NCBI GenBank assembly: GCA_003557585.1
Contig: PWOE01000113.1
Span: 1 to 45,744, forward strand
Origin: Candidatus Nealsonbacteria bacterium
GTDB lineage: Bacteria > Patescibacteriota > Minisyncoccia > Minisyncoccales > CSSED10-335
DNA length: 45,744 nucleotides
Reading direction: 5' to 3'
Of the stretch, positions 38,039 to 45,744 are shown in pieces. The notes under the pieces were generated by a model that saw nothing but the letters and a program-made list of their open reading frames with translations, was not told where the DNA came from and did no database searches. Made by a program: the position numbers and the translations under genes. How positions within the stretch are numbered: position 1 is the stretch's first letter; each line of letters opens with the position of its first letter.

Positions 38039-38665
38039 TTAAACAAAAGTTTCTTCAATTACCTTAATTGCATCTTCAGCAATAATCAGATTTTTAAAAC
38101 TCAGTAAATCAAGTGGATTGATATTCTTAACAGGTATCGTCTCTATTTCTGGAATGTTTCTTGAAGCTAAAACAAGGTTTCTGTTTGGATGACAGAAAAC
38201 AATTAAGGCTTTCTTTTTATCAAAAGGGAGCTTATTTAAGATCTCACTAACGATAGATGTTTTTGATTTGTCTATTTTCAAGCTATCGATAAAAAGAATT
38301 TCATTGTCTTTTAATTTTCCTGACAGTGTCATCAAGAGAGCTTTTCTTCTCATCTCTTTGGGCACCCTTTTCTTGTATATCTTCTCATTTCTAGGGCCGA
38401 AAGTAACACCTCCCCCTTTCCAGATAGGAGAGCGAGTTGATCCATGTCTAGCTCTTCCTGTTCCTTTTTGTCGCCATGGCTTTCTACCTCCCCCTCTAAC
38501 CTCACTTCTGTCTTTGGTATGAGCGTTAACTTGTCTCTTGTTAGCCATTTGAGAAACAGTGACTTGATGAACTAAATCGTCGTTAACAGAAAGACCAAAA
38601 ATAGACTTTGGTAAATCGATCTTTTTAACTTCTTTCCCTTCTTGATTGTAGACTGGTGCTTTCAT
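38039..38665 (-). CDS. rplD: 50S ribosomal protein uL4
   Basis: TKDRSEVRGGGRKPWRQKGTGRARHGS. Confidence 0.99.
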   Translation of the reverse strand: MKAPVYNQEGKEVKKIDLPKSIFGLSVNDDLVHQVTVSQMANKRQVNAHTKDRSEVRGGGRKPWRQKGTGRARHGSTRSPIWKGGGVTFGPRNEKIYKKRVPKEMRRKALLMTLSGKLKDNEILFIDSLKIDKSKTSIVSEILNKLPFDKKKALIVFCHPNRNLVLASRNIPEIETIPVKNINPLDLLSFKNLIIAEDAIKVIEETFV

Positions 38666-38667
38666 CT

Positions 38668-39258
38668 TTAATTTTGTGCCTTAATTTCAAGAAGGGTTCC
38701 CCTTCTTCCAGGAACCGCTCCTTTAATTGCTATAATATTTTTTTCAGAATCAACGCTGATTACTTTGAGATTCTTAATGGTTGTTCTATCTGATCCCATC
38801 CTTCCTGGCATCTTTCTACCTTTAATCACTCTTTGAGGATATGCGCTTCCAATTGAACCAATCTTTCTCTCGTTGTGTTTGGTTCCATGGGTAGCATCAG
38901 CGCCAGAGAAACCCCACCTCTTTACTCCTCCTTGAAATCCCTTGCCCTTAGATATACCTGAAATCTTAATTAAATCTCCTTCTTGAAAAATTGAGACATC
39001 AATCGTGTCTCCTAATTTGTACTCTTTATCCAAAGAAAACTCTCTGATATGTTTAAAGTGTTTTCCTTTAGCAGGTTTCTTTTGTAGTTTCTCTTTAGTT
39101 ATCTCACCAAATCCAACTTGAACTGCCTCATAGCCATCCTTTTCAAGGCTTTTTATCTGCAGAACTTTGCACGGACCAGCCATTACTAAAGTCACTGGAA
39201 TAGATTCTCCATCTTTAAAAACTCTCGTCATTGATATCTTTTTTCCTAGAATAAACAT
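38668..39258 (-). CDS. rplC: 50S ribosomal protein uL3
   Basis: ILGKK..MT, DGYEAVQ, SKGKGFQG, MPGRMG; ATG at 39258. Confidence 0.99.
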   Translation of the reverse strand: MFILGKKISMTRVFKDGESIPVTLVMAGPCKVLQIKSLEKDGYEAVQVGFGEITKEKLQKKPAKGKHFKHIREFSLDKEYKLGDTIDVSIFQEGDLIKISGISKGKGFQGGVKRWGFSGADATHGTKHNERKIGSIGSAYPQRVIKGRKMPGRMGSDRTTIKNLKVISVDSEKNIIAIKGAVPGRRGTLLEIKAQN

Positions 39259-39274
39259 GATTTTTAAGATAGGT

Positions 39275-39336
39275 AAAAGCCGGGTACAGCCCGGCTCTTG
39301 TGTCCATAGCTGATTTCTCGTTAAAAAGTCCGGGTA
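39275..39336 (-). promoter_or_regulatory. Structured rpsJ-rplC intergenic element (hairpin plus competing repeat)
   Basis: AAGAGCCGGG-CTGTA-CCCGGCTTTT hairpin and a second TACCCGG upstream. Confidence 0.5.
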
Positions 39337-39340
39337 AAAA

Positions 39341-39676
39341 TTACATTTTAATTTCAATATCCACGCCTGCGGGCAAAGTCAGATTCATTAAGGCATCAAT
39401 CACTTTTGGATTTGGATTAACAATGTCAATCAATCTCTTGTGAGTCCTTATTTCGAATTGCTCCTTTGATTTGTTGTGAACAAAAGAAGATCTGTTTACA
39501 GTATATTTCTTGGTCTCTGTTGGCAAAGGAACCGGTCCCGCAACATCGCTGCCATAACGCATCACAGTCTCCACTATCTGTCTCGAACTGTTGTCTATGA
39601 CCTTGTTATCATATCCTTTAAGCTTGATATGAATTCTGCTCTTTAAATCCTCTTTAGTTTTCTTTTTTGCAGGCAT
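39341..39676 (-). CDS. rpsJ: 30S ribosomal protein uS10
   Basis: [31 protein letters not shown]. Confidence 0.99.
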   Translation of the reverse strand: MPAKKKTKEDLKSRIHIKLKGYDNKVIDNSSRQIVETVMRYGSDVAGPVPLPTETKKYTVNRSSFVHNKSKEQFEIRTHKRLIDIVNPNPKVIDALMNLTLPAGVDIEIKM

Positions 39677-39683
39677 CTATCCT

Positions 39684-40883
39684 CTATTTAATTATCTTTG
39701 TTACTACTCCAGCTCCAACTGTCTTGCCACCTTCTCTAACAGCAAATCTTTGCTTTTCTTCCAGTGCAATAGGAGCAATCAACTTAACCTTAACATTAAC
39801 AGTATCTCCGGGCATAACCATCTCTTTGCCTTCTGAAAGAGTCACTTCTGATGTTACATCAGTTGTTCTGAAATAGAATTGAGGCTTGTAACCACTGAAG
39901 AATGGTGTGTGTCTACCTCCTTCTTCTTTGGTAAGAATGTAAACCTCTGCTTCAAATTCAGTATGAGGAGTAACTGACCCAGGCTTAGCTAGAACTTGCC
40001 CTCTCTCGAGGTCCTCTTTCTTGAGACCTCTTAAAAGAATGCCTACATTATCTCCAGCTCTTCCTTGATCTAAGATTTTATTAAACATCTCAACACTGAC
40101 AACAGTCGTCTTGCTTGTCGGCCTAATTCCAACAATCTCTATCTCTTCATTTGAATTAACAATTCCTCTTTCAATTCTACCAGTAGCGACTGTTCCTCTT
40201 CCAGCAATTGAAAAGACATCTTCAATTCCCATGAGGAATGGCTTGTCAACGTCTCTTTCAGGTTCTGGAATATACTCGTCTAAAGCTTTAACCAATTCCA
40301 TTATTGGATTGATGGCTTCATCGTCTGCTGATTTTGCTTCAGTCGCCTTTAAGGCTGAGCCCTTGATAACTGGAATCTCATCTCCTGGATAATCATACTT
40401 CTTGAGAAGCTCTCTGATTTCAGACTCAACTAAATCAACCATCTCTGGATCGTCTACCATATCAACTTTATTAATAAAGACGACTAAAGATGGTAGGCCA
40501 ACCTGACGAGCTAAAAGAATATGCTCTCTGGTCTGAGGCATCGGTCCATCAACAGCAGAGACGACCAGAATAGCTCCATCCATTTGAGCTGCTCCGGTAA
40601 TCATATTTTTAATGTAATCTGCATGTCCTGGACAATCGATATGAGCATAATGCCTATTTTCAGTTTCATACTCTAGATGAGAAATTGAGATGGTTAATCC
40701 TCTCGCCTTTTCTTCTGGAGCAGAATCAATCTGGTCAATTGTCTTTTGTGAACCTCCAAATCCTTTAAGACTTAAAGAGTTCAAGATAGCCGCAGTTAAA
40801 GTTGTCTTACCATGATCTACGTGACCAATGGTTCCGACATTAACGTGAGGCTTTGATCTTTCAAATTTTTCTTTTTCAGCCAT
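39684..40883 (-). CDS. tuf: Elongation factor Tu
   Basis: [38 protein letters not shown]. Confidence 0.99.
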   Translation of the reverse strand: MAEKEKFERSKPHVNVGTIGHVDHGKTTLTAAILNSLSLKGFGGSQKTIDQIDSAPEEKARGLTISISHLEYETENRHYAHIDCPGHADYIKNMITGAAQMDGAILVVSAVDGPMPQTREHILLARQVGLPSLVVFINKVDMVDDPEMVDLVESEIRELLKKYDYPGDEIPVIKGSALKATEAKSADDEAINPIMELVKALDEYIPEPERDVDKPFLMGIEDVFSIAGRGTVATGRIERGIVNSNEEIEIVGIRPTSKTTVVSVEMFNKILDQGRAGDNVGILLRGLKKEDLERGQVLAKPGSVTPHTEFEAEVYILTKEEGGRHTPFFSGYKPQFYFRTTDVTSEVTLSEGKEMVMPGDTVNVKVKLIAPIALEEKQRFAVREGGKTVGAGVVTKIIK

Positions 40884-40972
40884 AAATTTTTAAAACTAAA
40901 AGATTTTAAGTTAATTTCTCTTAGTTTAATTATTTTCTAATTATTTTTAATAAGATTTAACGCTTAAGTTAT

Positions 40973-41000
40973 ATTCTATTTAATTTTGAAAAAAAGTCAA
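40973..41000 (-). promoter_or_regulatory. Internal tuf promoter
   Basis: TTGACT-16-TAGAAT in the fusA-tuf gap. Confidence 0.55.
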
Positions 41001-41009
41001 TCCGATTAA

Positions 41010-43118
41010 TTATCTTTTTTTGCCTTCTATAATCTCTTGCGATACATTAACAGGAATCTCCTCATAATTATCAAATTCCATTGTGAAATTACCTCGACCC
41101 TCGGTCATTGACCTTAAAGACGTCACATAGCCGAACATCTCAGATAAAGGAACTCGAGCTTTAACCACTTTCATACCTGCCACCTCTTCGGTCTCCTCTA
41201 TTTTGCCTCTTCTTGATGACAAGTCTCCAATAACATCTCCTAGAAAATCTGTCGGTATTGTAACTTCAATTTTCATAATTGGCTCTAAAAGAATCGGTTT
41301 AGCTCTCTTGCAAGCATCTTGAAACGCTAAAGATCCGGCAATCTTAAAGGCCATCTCTGATGAATCGACTTCATGGAAAGAGCCATCATAAAGGGTTACC
41401 TTGAGATCTGATATCGGATAACCCGCCAAAACACCCTTGTCGCTAGCTTCTTTAATGCCTTTTTCAACAGCAGGAATATATTCTTTAGGTATAATTCCTC
41501 CTTTAATCTCGTCAACAAACTCAAGACCCTCGCCTTCCTCTTTTGGCTCAACTTTCAGCCAAACGTGTCCATATTGACCTCTTCCTCCACTCTGCTTGAC
41601 ATATTTACTTTCAGCTTCGGCGGACGCCTTTATCGTCTCTCTGTAAGCTACTTGGGGCCTACCGACTTGAGCTTCAACACTAAACTCTCTCTTCATTCTG
41701 TCAACTAATATCTCTAAGTGAAGCTCACCCATTCCTGAGATAACCGTCTCTCCAGTCTCCATATCAGATTTGATTTTGAAAGTTGGGTCTTCGTCAGCTA
41801 ATTTCTTTAAAGCTAGCCCCATCTTTTCTTGGTCAGCCTTGGTCTTGGGCTCAATTCTGATTGAGATAACTGGCTCTGGGAAAGTAATCTCTTCCAAGAT
41901 AATAGGCGCTGATTCATCGCAGAGAGTGTGCCCTGTTGATGTGTTTTTTAATCCAACCGTTGCTGCAATGTCTCCAGCAAAAACTTCTTTAACTTCTTCT
42001 CTTTCAGAAGAATGCATTCTTAAAATCCGACTAATTCTCTCTTTTTCTCCAGTTGTTGAATTCAAAACATATGAACCAGTCTGAATGCTACCAGAATATA
42101 CTCGGAAATAGGTTAATGTTCCGACATAAGGATCTGTCGCAATCTTGAAAGATAGGGCTGAGAACTTTTCCTCATCATCGGCTTTTCTTGTCGCTATCTC
42201 GTCATTTTTAGGATTTCTGCCTTCAATTGGTGGTAAGTCTATTGGTGACGGAAAGAAATAACAGATAGCATCAAGTAATAATTGAACTCCCTTATTCTTA
42301 AGTGCTGAGCCACACAGAACTGGAACCAGCTTATAATCTAAAACTGCTTTTCTTAAGGTTTTAATTATCTCTTCTTTAGTAATCTCCTGCTTTTCTAGAT
42401 ACTTCTCAAACAAAAGGTCATCTTCTGCAACAACTTTTTCTAAGAGATCCTTGTGCCACTTTTCAGCTTTCTCTTTCATCTCTTCGGGTATCTCTGAATA
42501 CTCCATCTTTTCACCAAAATCTCCTTCAAAAGTAATCATCTTCATCTCTAAAAGATCAATTATTCCCTTGAAATCATCTTCTAAACCAACTGGAATCTGT
42601 AAGGCAACTGTTTTTGTAGTTAATTTGTTGTTAATGGAGTCTAGAGCAAACTCAAAAGATGCTCCTATTCGATCAAGCTTATTGATAAAACAGATTCTGG
42701 GAATCATGAATTTATCAGCTTGACGCCAAACTGTTTCTGATTGAGGTTGAACTCCAGAAACACCTTCAAAAACGACAACTGCACCATCAAGGACTCTTAA
42801 TGATCTTTGAACTTCTGCTGTAAAATCGATATGACCTGGAGTATCTATGATATTAATTCTATGCTCGTTGTCTTTGATTCTCTCTCCATCGCTTGCAGGA
42901 GGCATCCAAAAACAAGTCGTTGCCGCTGATGTAATAGTGATTCCTCTTTCTCTTTCTTGATCCATCCAGTCCATAATTGCTTGCCCACTATGAACTTCTC
43001 CCATCTTGTGGGAAATTCCAGTATAAAAAAGGATTCTCTCAGAAACGGTAGTTTTGCCTGCATCGATATGGGCAATAATTCCGATATTTCTATATTTTTT
43101 TATAGGATAAAGTCTCAT
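41010..43118 (-). CDS. fusA: Elongation factor G
   Basis: [48 protein letters not shown]. Confidence 0.99.
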   Translation of the reverse strand: MRLYPIKKYRNIGIIAHIDAGKTTVSERILFYTGISHKMGEVHSGQAIMDWMDQERERGITITSAATTCFWMPPASDGERIKDNEHRINIIDTPGHIDFTAEVQRSLRVLDGAVVVFEGVSGVQPQSETVWRQADKFMIPRICFINKLDRIGASFEFALDSINNKLTTKTVALQIPVGLEDDFKGIIDLLEMKMITFEGDFGEKMEYSEIPEEMKEKAEKWHKDLLEKVVAEDDLLFEKYLEKQEITKEEIIKTLRKAVLDYKLVPVLCGSALKNKGVQLLLDAICYFFPSPIDLPPIEGRNPKNDEIATRKADDEEKFSALSFKIATDPYVGTLTYFRVYSGSIQTGSYVLNSTTGEKERISRILRMHSSEREEVKEVFAGDIAATVGLKNTSTGHTLCDESAPIILEEITFPEPVISIRIEPKTKADQEKMGLALKKLADEDPTFKIKSDMETGETVISGMGELHLEILVDRMKREFSVEAQVGRPQVAYRETIKASAEAESKYVKQSGGRGQYGHVWLKVEPKEEGEGLEFVDEIKGGIIPKEYIPAVEKGIKEASDKGVLAGYPISDLKVTLYDGSFHEVDSSEMAFKIAGSLAFQDACKRAKPILLEPIMKIEVTIPTDFLGDVIGDLSSRRGKIEETEEVAGMKVVKARVPLSEMFGYVTSLRSMTEGRGNFTMEFDNYEEIPVNVSQEIIEGKKR

Positions 43119-43141
43119 AAATCAATTTATGTCAAGCGGTC

Positions 43142-43612
43142 TTACCAAGCAAAATGAGCAAAAGCTTTGTTGGCTTCAGCCATTCTGTGGATTTCTTCTT
43201 TTTTCTTTACTGCTGCCCCTGTATTTTCAGAAGCATTTATAATCTCCTCAGCCAATCTATCTTGCATAGGTTTGTTCTTCTTGGTTCGCGCAGACAAGAC
43301 AAGCCATCTCATCGCCAAACTCATCCTTCTCTCTTTGGCAACAGGGATTGGAACTTGGTAGATTGCTCCTCCGATTCTCCTAGACCGAACTTCCATGTTA
43401 GGTCCAATATTGTCTAAAGCCTTTTCAAAGATCTCTACCGGATCGCTCTTCTTTTTTTCACTTACTTGCTCTAGAGCTTGATAGAGAATCTTTCTAGCTA
43501 TAGATTTCTTGCCTTTTCTCATTATATGATTGACGAACTTAGCAACAACAACGTTGCCATATAATGGATCAGGTTGAATTTCATGTTTTGTAATTTTTCC
43601 TTTAGCGGCCAT
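43142..43612 (-). CDS. rpsG: 30S ribosomal protein uS7
   Basis: PDPLYG, GKKSIA, EVRSRRIGGA.YQVP, HRMAEANKAFAH. Confidence 0.99.
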   Translation of the reverse strand: MAAKGKITKHEIQPDPLYGNVVVAKFVNHIMRKGKKSIARKILYQALEQVSEKKKSDPVEIFEKALDNIGPNMEVRSRRIGGAIYQVPIPVAKERRMSLAMRWLVLSARTKKNKPMQDRLAEEIINASENTGAAVKKKEEIHRMAEANKAFAHFAW

Positions 43613-43629
43613 ATTCTAACGATTAAATA

Positions 43630-44046
43630 CTATGATTTTTTCTCTTTTTTAGTTCCATATCTGCTTCTGCTTCTCTTTCTGCCCTCAACTCCAGCTGCAT
43701 CCAAAACACCCCTAACAACTTGATAACGAACACCGGCTAGGTCTTTAACTCTACCTCCTCTAATCATGACCACTGAATGCTCCTGAAGGTTGTGGCCGAT
43801 GCCTGGGATATATGCTGTTGTTTCCATGCCATTGCTAAGACGAACCCTGGCTACTTTTCTTAGAGCTGAGTTTGGCTTCTTCGGTGTTGTTGTAAAGACC
43901 TTTAAACAAACCCCTCTCTTGAATGGTGAGTTGTAATAAGAAGGTCTGTTTTTTAAACTATTGAAACCAAAAGAAAGAGCTGGCGACTTTTTCCGCTTTT
44001 CAATCTTTTTCCTTCCCTTTCTTATAATTTGATTAATTGTTGGCAT
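43630..44046 (-). CDS. rpsL: 30S ribosomal protein uS12
   Basis: [30 protein letters not shown]. Confidence 0.99.
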   Translation of the reverse strand: MPTINQIIRKGRKKIEKRKKSPALSFGFNSLKNRPSYYNSPFKRGVCLKVFTTTPKKPNSALRKVARVRLSNGMETTAYIPGIGHNLQEHSVVMIRGGRVKDLAGVRYQVVRGVLDAAGVEGRKRSRSRYGTKKEKKS

Positions 44047-44073
44047 CTTTAAATATAAAAGAATAAAAATAAT

Positions 44074-44125
44074 TAAGCGCCCTGCGCTTACAAAGACATA
44101 TTACAAAAATAGACTGAAATGTCAA
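44074..44125 (-). promoter_or_regulatory. str operon promoter and leader hairpin
   Basis: TTGACA-16-TAATAT (44125-44098); TAAGCGC-AGG-GCGCTTA hairpin (44090-44074). Confidence 0.6.
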
Positions 44126-44133
44126 CCCTGATA

Positions 44134-44829
44134 TTATATCCCAGCGATTAATCTGAATAATATGAAAACTAACTGAAAAACAATCGGTAATAAAAGATAA
44201 ATCGCAAGAAATATCAAAGGAATCGCCGCTATGCCCAATCTAGGATAAATCTCCTTGAACTTATATTCAATTTTAGGAAAAAAAGTAAAAAGGATATGTG
44301 AACCGTCTAACGGTGGTATCGGCATTAAATTGAAAATTGCTAAAAGAACATTAATAAAGATGATAACCAAGAAAAGGAAAAATGCTAGCCCCCAAAAACC
44401 GCTCTCGGCAAGAGCTTCTGGCATTCTAAATTCAGATAGATATCTTAAAAAAGATTGAAAAACTGAAGCCTTGCCCTCATAGCTAAGAGGAATAAATCTA
44501 GCTATAATGCCAAAGAAAGAAGCTACTATAAGGTTGGAACCTGGGCCAGCGGCAGCTACTTTTAATGAACCATATTTCTGATCCTTGAAGTTGTAAGGAT
44601 TCACTGGTACTGGTTTTGCCCAGCCAAAGATAAATCTAGTAGGAAAGATAATGCAGATTAAAGGCACGATAAAGGAACCCATAAAATCTAAGTGACGTAA
44701 AGGATTAAGGGTAAGTCTGCCGGCATATCTTGCCGTTGGGTCACCCAAAGAATCAGCAACGCTGCCATGGGCAACCTCATGAATAATAATTGAGAATATT
44801 AAAATAGTTAATAGAAAGATAATTTCCAT
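44134..44829 (-). CDS. Site-2 protease family (M50) membrane metalloprotease
   Basis: HEVAH, GRLTLNPL.H, GWAKPVP, AAAGP.SN, FNLMPIPPLDGS. Confidence 0.95.
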   Translation of the reverse strand: MEIIFLLTILIFSIIIHEVAHGSVADSLGDPTARYAGRLTLNPLRHLDFMGSFIVPLICIIFPTRFIFGWAKPVPVNPYNFKDQKYGSLKVAAAGPGSNLIVASFFGIIARFIPLSYEGKASVFQSFLRYLSEFRMPEALAESGFWGLAFFLFLVIIFINVLLAIFNLMPIPPLDGSHILFTFFPKIEYKFKEIYPRLGIAAIPLIFLAIYLLLPIVFQLVFILFRLIAGI

Positions 44830-44837
44830 TAATTTCT

Positions 44838-44866
44838 ATAGTAGCACACCATTTAATGCTTGTAAA
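44838..44866 (-). promoter_or_regulatory. M50 gene promoter, near-leaderless
   Basis: TTTACA-17-TACTAT with TG extension, 8 nt before the ATG. Confidence 0.55.
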
Positions 44867-44933
44867 AATAGCCTTTTAGTGATATACCTTTCGTACGATA
44901 TCAAAAATAATAAACAATAGATACTTTAAAAAG

Positions 44934-45152
44934 ATGCCTAAACAATGCGCAATTTGCGAAAAAAAGTCGGTAATGTCAAGACAGAGAAAAAAGTTGATGT
45001 CAAAATATAATCCGACTCCTAAAAAAAGGAAGTATGCCAATTTGCAAAATCTCACTGTTCCTCAAGACACAAAAAAAGCAAAATACAAAGAATTTGCCGG
45101 GCAAAAGATAGTTGCCTGCACTAAGTGTATCAAGGCTTTAAGCAAGAGCTAG
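44934..45152 (+). CDS. rpmB: 50S ribosomal protein bL28
   Basis: CAIC.K, KR...NLQ, CTKCIK. Confidence 0.88.
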   Translation: MPKQCAICEKKSVMSRQRKKLMSKYNPTPKKRKYANLQNLTVPQDTKKAKYKEFAGQKIVACTKCIKALSKS

Positions 45153-45157
45153 ACAAG

Positions 45158-45229
45158 CGGGGCGTAGTATAGTGGTTATTATTCCGGGCTGGGGGTCCGG
45201 TGACTCCGGTTCAATTCCGGGCGCCCCGA
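45158..45229 (+). tRNA. tRNA-Pro(GGG)
   Basis: CGGGGCG/CGCCCCG acceptor, CCGGG-CTGGGGG-TCCGG anticodon arm, TTCAATT T-loop, A73; no encoded CCA. Confidence 0.93.
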
Positions 45230-45239
45230 ATTTTGGTTG

Positions 45240-45301
45240 TTGACAAAACAACTTTTTTTATTATAATTATCTCACCTTAAAAAGGGAATAAAAAGGAGGT
45301 G
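45240..45301 (+). promoter_or_regulatory. Consensus sigma70 promoter and strong SD
   Basis: TTGACA(45240)-16-TATAAT(45262); AAGGAGGTG ending at 45301. Confidence 0.75.
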
Positions 45302-45308
45302 CAGCACT

Positions 45309-45744
45309 TTGTCAAAAAAGATGGCAGTTATTGTTTTTGTAATAATCATGGTTTCTGTCATTGGATTGGGGGGCATTTCTGCATCTTATAATCCCCCAAC
45401 AACCGGGCCCTTACCAGACTCATGCTTCAAGGTTGAGTTCAACAAAAGCGGCAGAATAAGCAATGTGCAGAATGCCACCCACAAAGAGAATGACGGCATT
45501 ATCACTATCACCTTCCATGAAGAAGAAGTGATTATTCACAACCTCATCTTCAAGGAAAGATCCGAATTAATTGGATTCTCCTGGACCAGCTCCTCTACTG
45601 TGAGAGTATGGATTAAATTTGGACCAACTTCCAAATTAGCAGGAGAAGGTATCGAGGGTAGCTTCGTTACACCTAACAACAGAGGGGTAAGCAATATTGT
45701 TTTTTGCTTCTCCTCCGATGACGACAACGGCAATGGCAATGGCG
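45309..45744 (+). CDS. Secreted hypothetical protein (partial, runs off the window; not in the ORF track)
   Basis: Open frame from TTG 45309 (or ATG 45321): MSKKMAVIVFVIIMVSVIGLGGISASYNPPTTGPLPDSCFKVE...GVSNIVFCFSSDDDNGNGNG; signal-peptide-like N-terminus, with SD and promoter upstream. Confidence 0.8.
   Translation, partial: MSKKMAVIVFVIIMVSVIGLGGISASYNPPTTGPLPDSCFKVEFNKSGRISNVQNATHKENDGIITITFHEEEVIIHNLIFKERSELIGFSWTSSSTVRVWIKFGPTSKLAGEGIEGSFVTPNNRGVSNIVFCFSSDDDNGNGNG

Noticed and set aside
40884..41009. Very AT-rich fusA-tuf gap as a possible replication origin or ncRNA
   Set aside because: No DnaA boxes or stable structure seen; explained by the tuf promoter and leader
222..44458. Many short plus-strand ORFs (60-140 aa) in the ORF track
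   Set aside because: They are antisense shadows of well-supported minus-strand genes, with no motifs or initiation signals
45536..45739. 67-aa minus-strand ORF
   Set aside because: It is antisense to the better-supported plus-strand secreted protein
1..45744. CRISPR arrays, IS elements, integrases, introns/inteins, rRNA
   Set aside because: No repeat-spacer arrays, transposase/integrase motifs or large insertions seen; gyrB, fusA and the tRNAs are uninterrupted

Overview
Core-genome window of an AT-rich Patescibacteria (CPR), most likely Parcubacteria, bacterium using the standard genetic code (TGA terminates genes such as gatB). The taxon is inferred from the absence of rpmD (uL30) between rpsE and rplO, the absence of rplA (uL1) after rplK, a short AlaRS and CPR-style membrane proteins. 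Almost all genes are on the minus strand. They include the str/S10/spc/alpha ribosomal superoperon (interrupted by GT2-galT-tpiA-alaS-baseplate-J-like genes), rplM-rpsI, murA-mreB-holB-frr-rseP-mreB-gatCA, three tRNAs, gyrB and secE-nusG-rplK. rplK runs directly into a dCMP deaminase / dUTPase-like / thyA / folA / deoC / gatB block. rpmB, tRNA-Pro and a secreted orphan lie at the right end. I found no mobile element, CRISPR array or rRNA. Most notable: (1) an in-frame TAA splits essential rplB at its domain boundary; (2) the putative initiator tRNA is strongly non-canonical, and core genes look leaderless or SD-less while orphan genes carry textbook SD sequences; (3) ThyA and the dUTPase-like protein have altered active-site motifs; (4) a candidate RNA switch sits between rpsJ and rplC. 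All calls come from motif recognition by eye; no searches were run.
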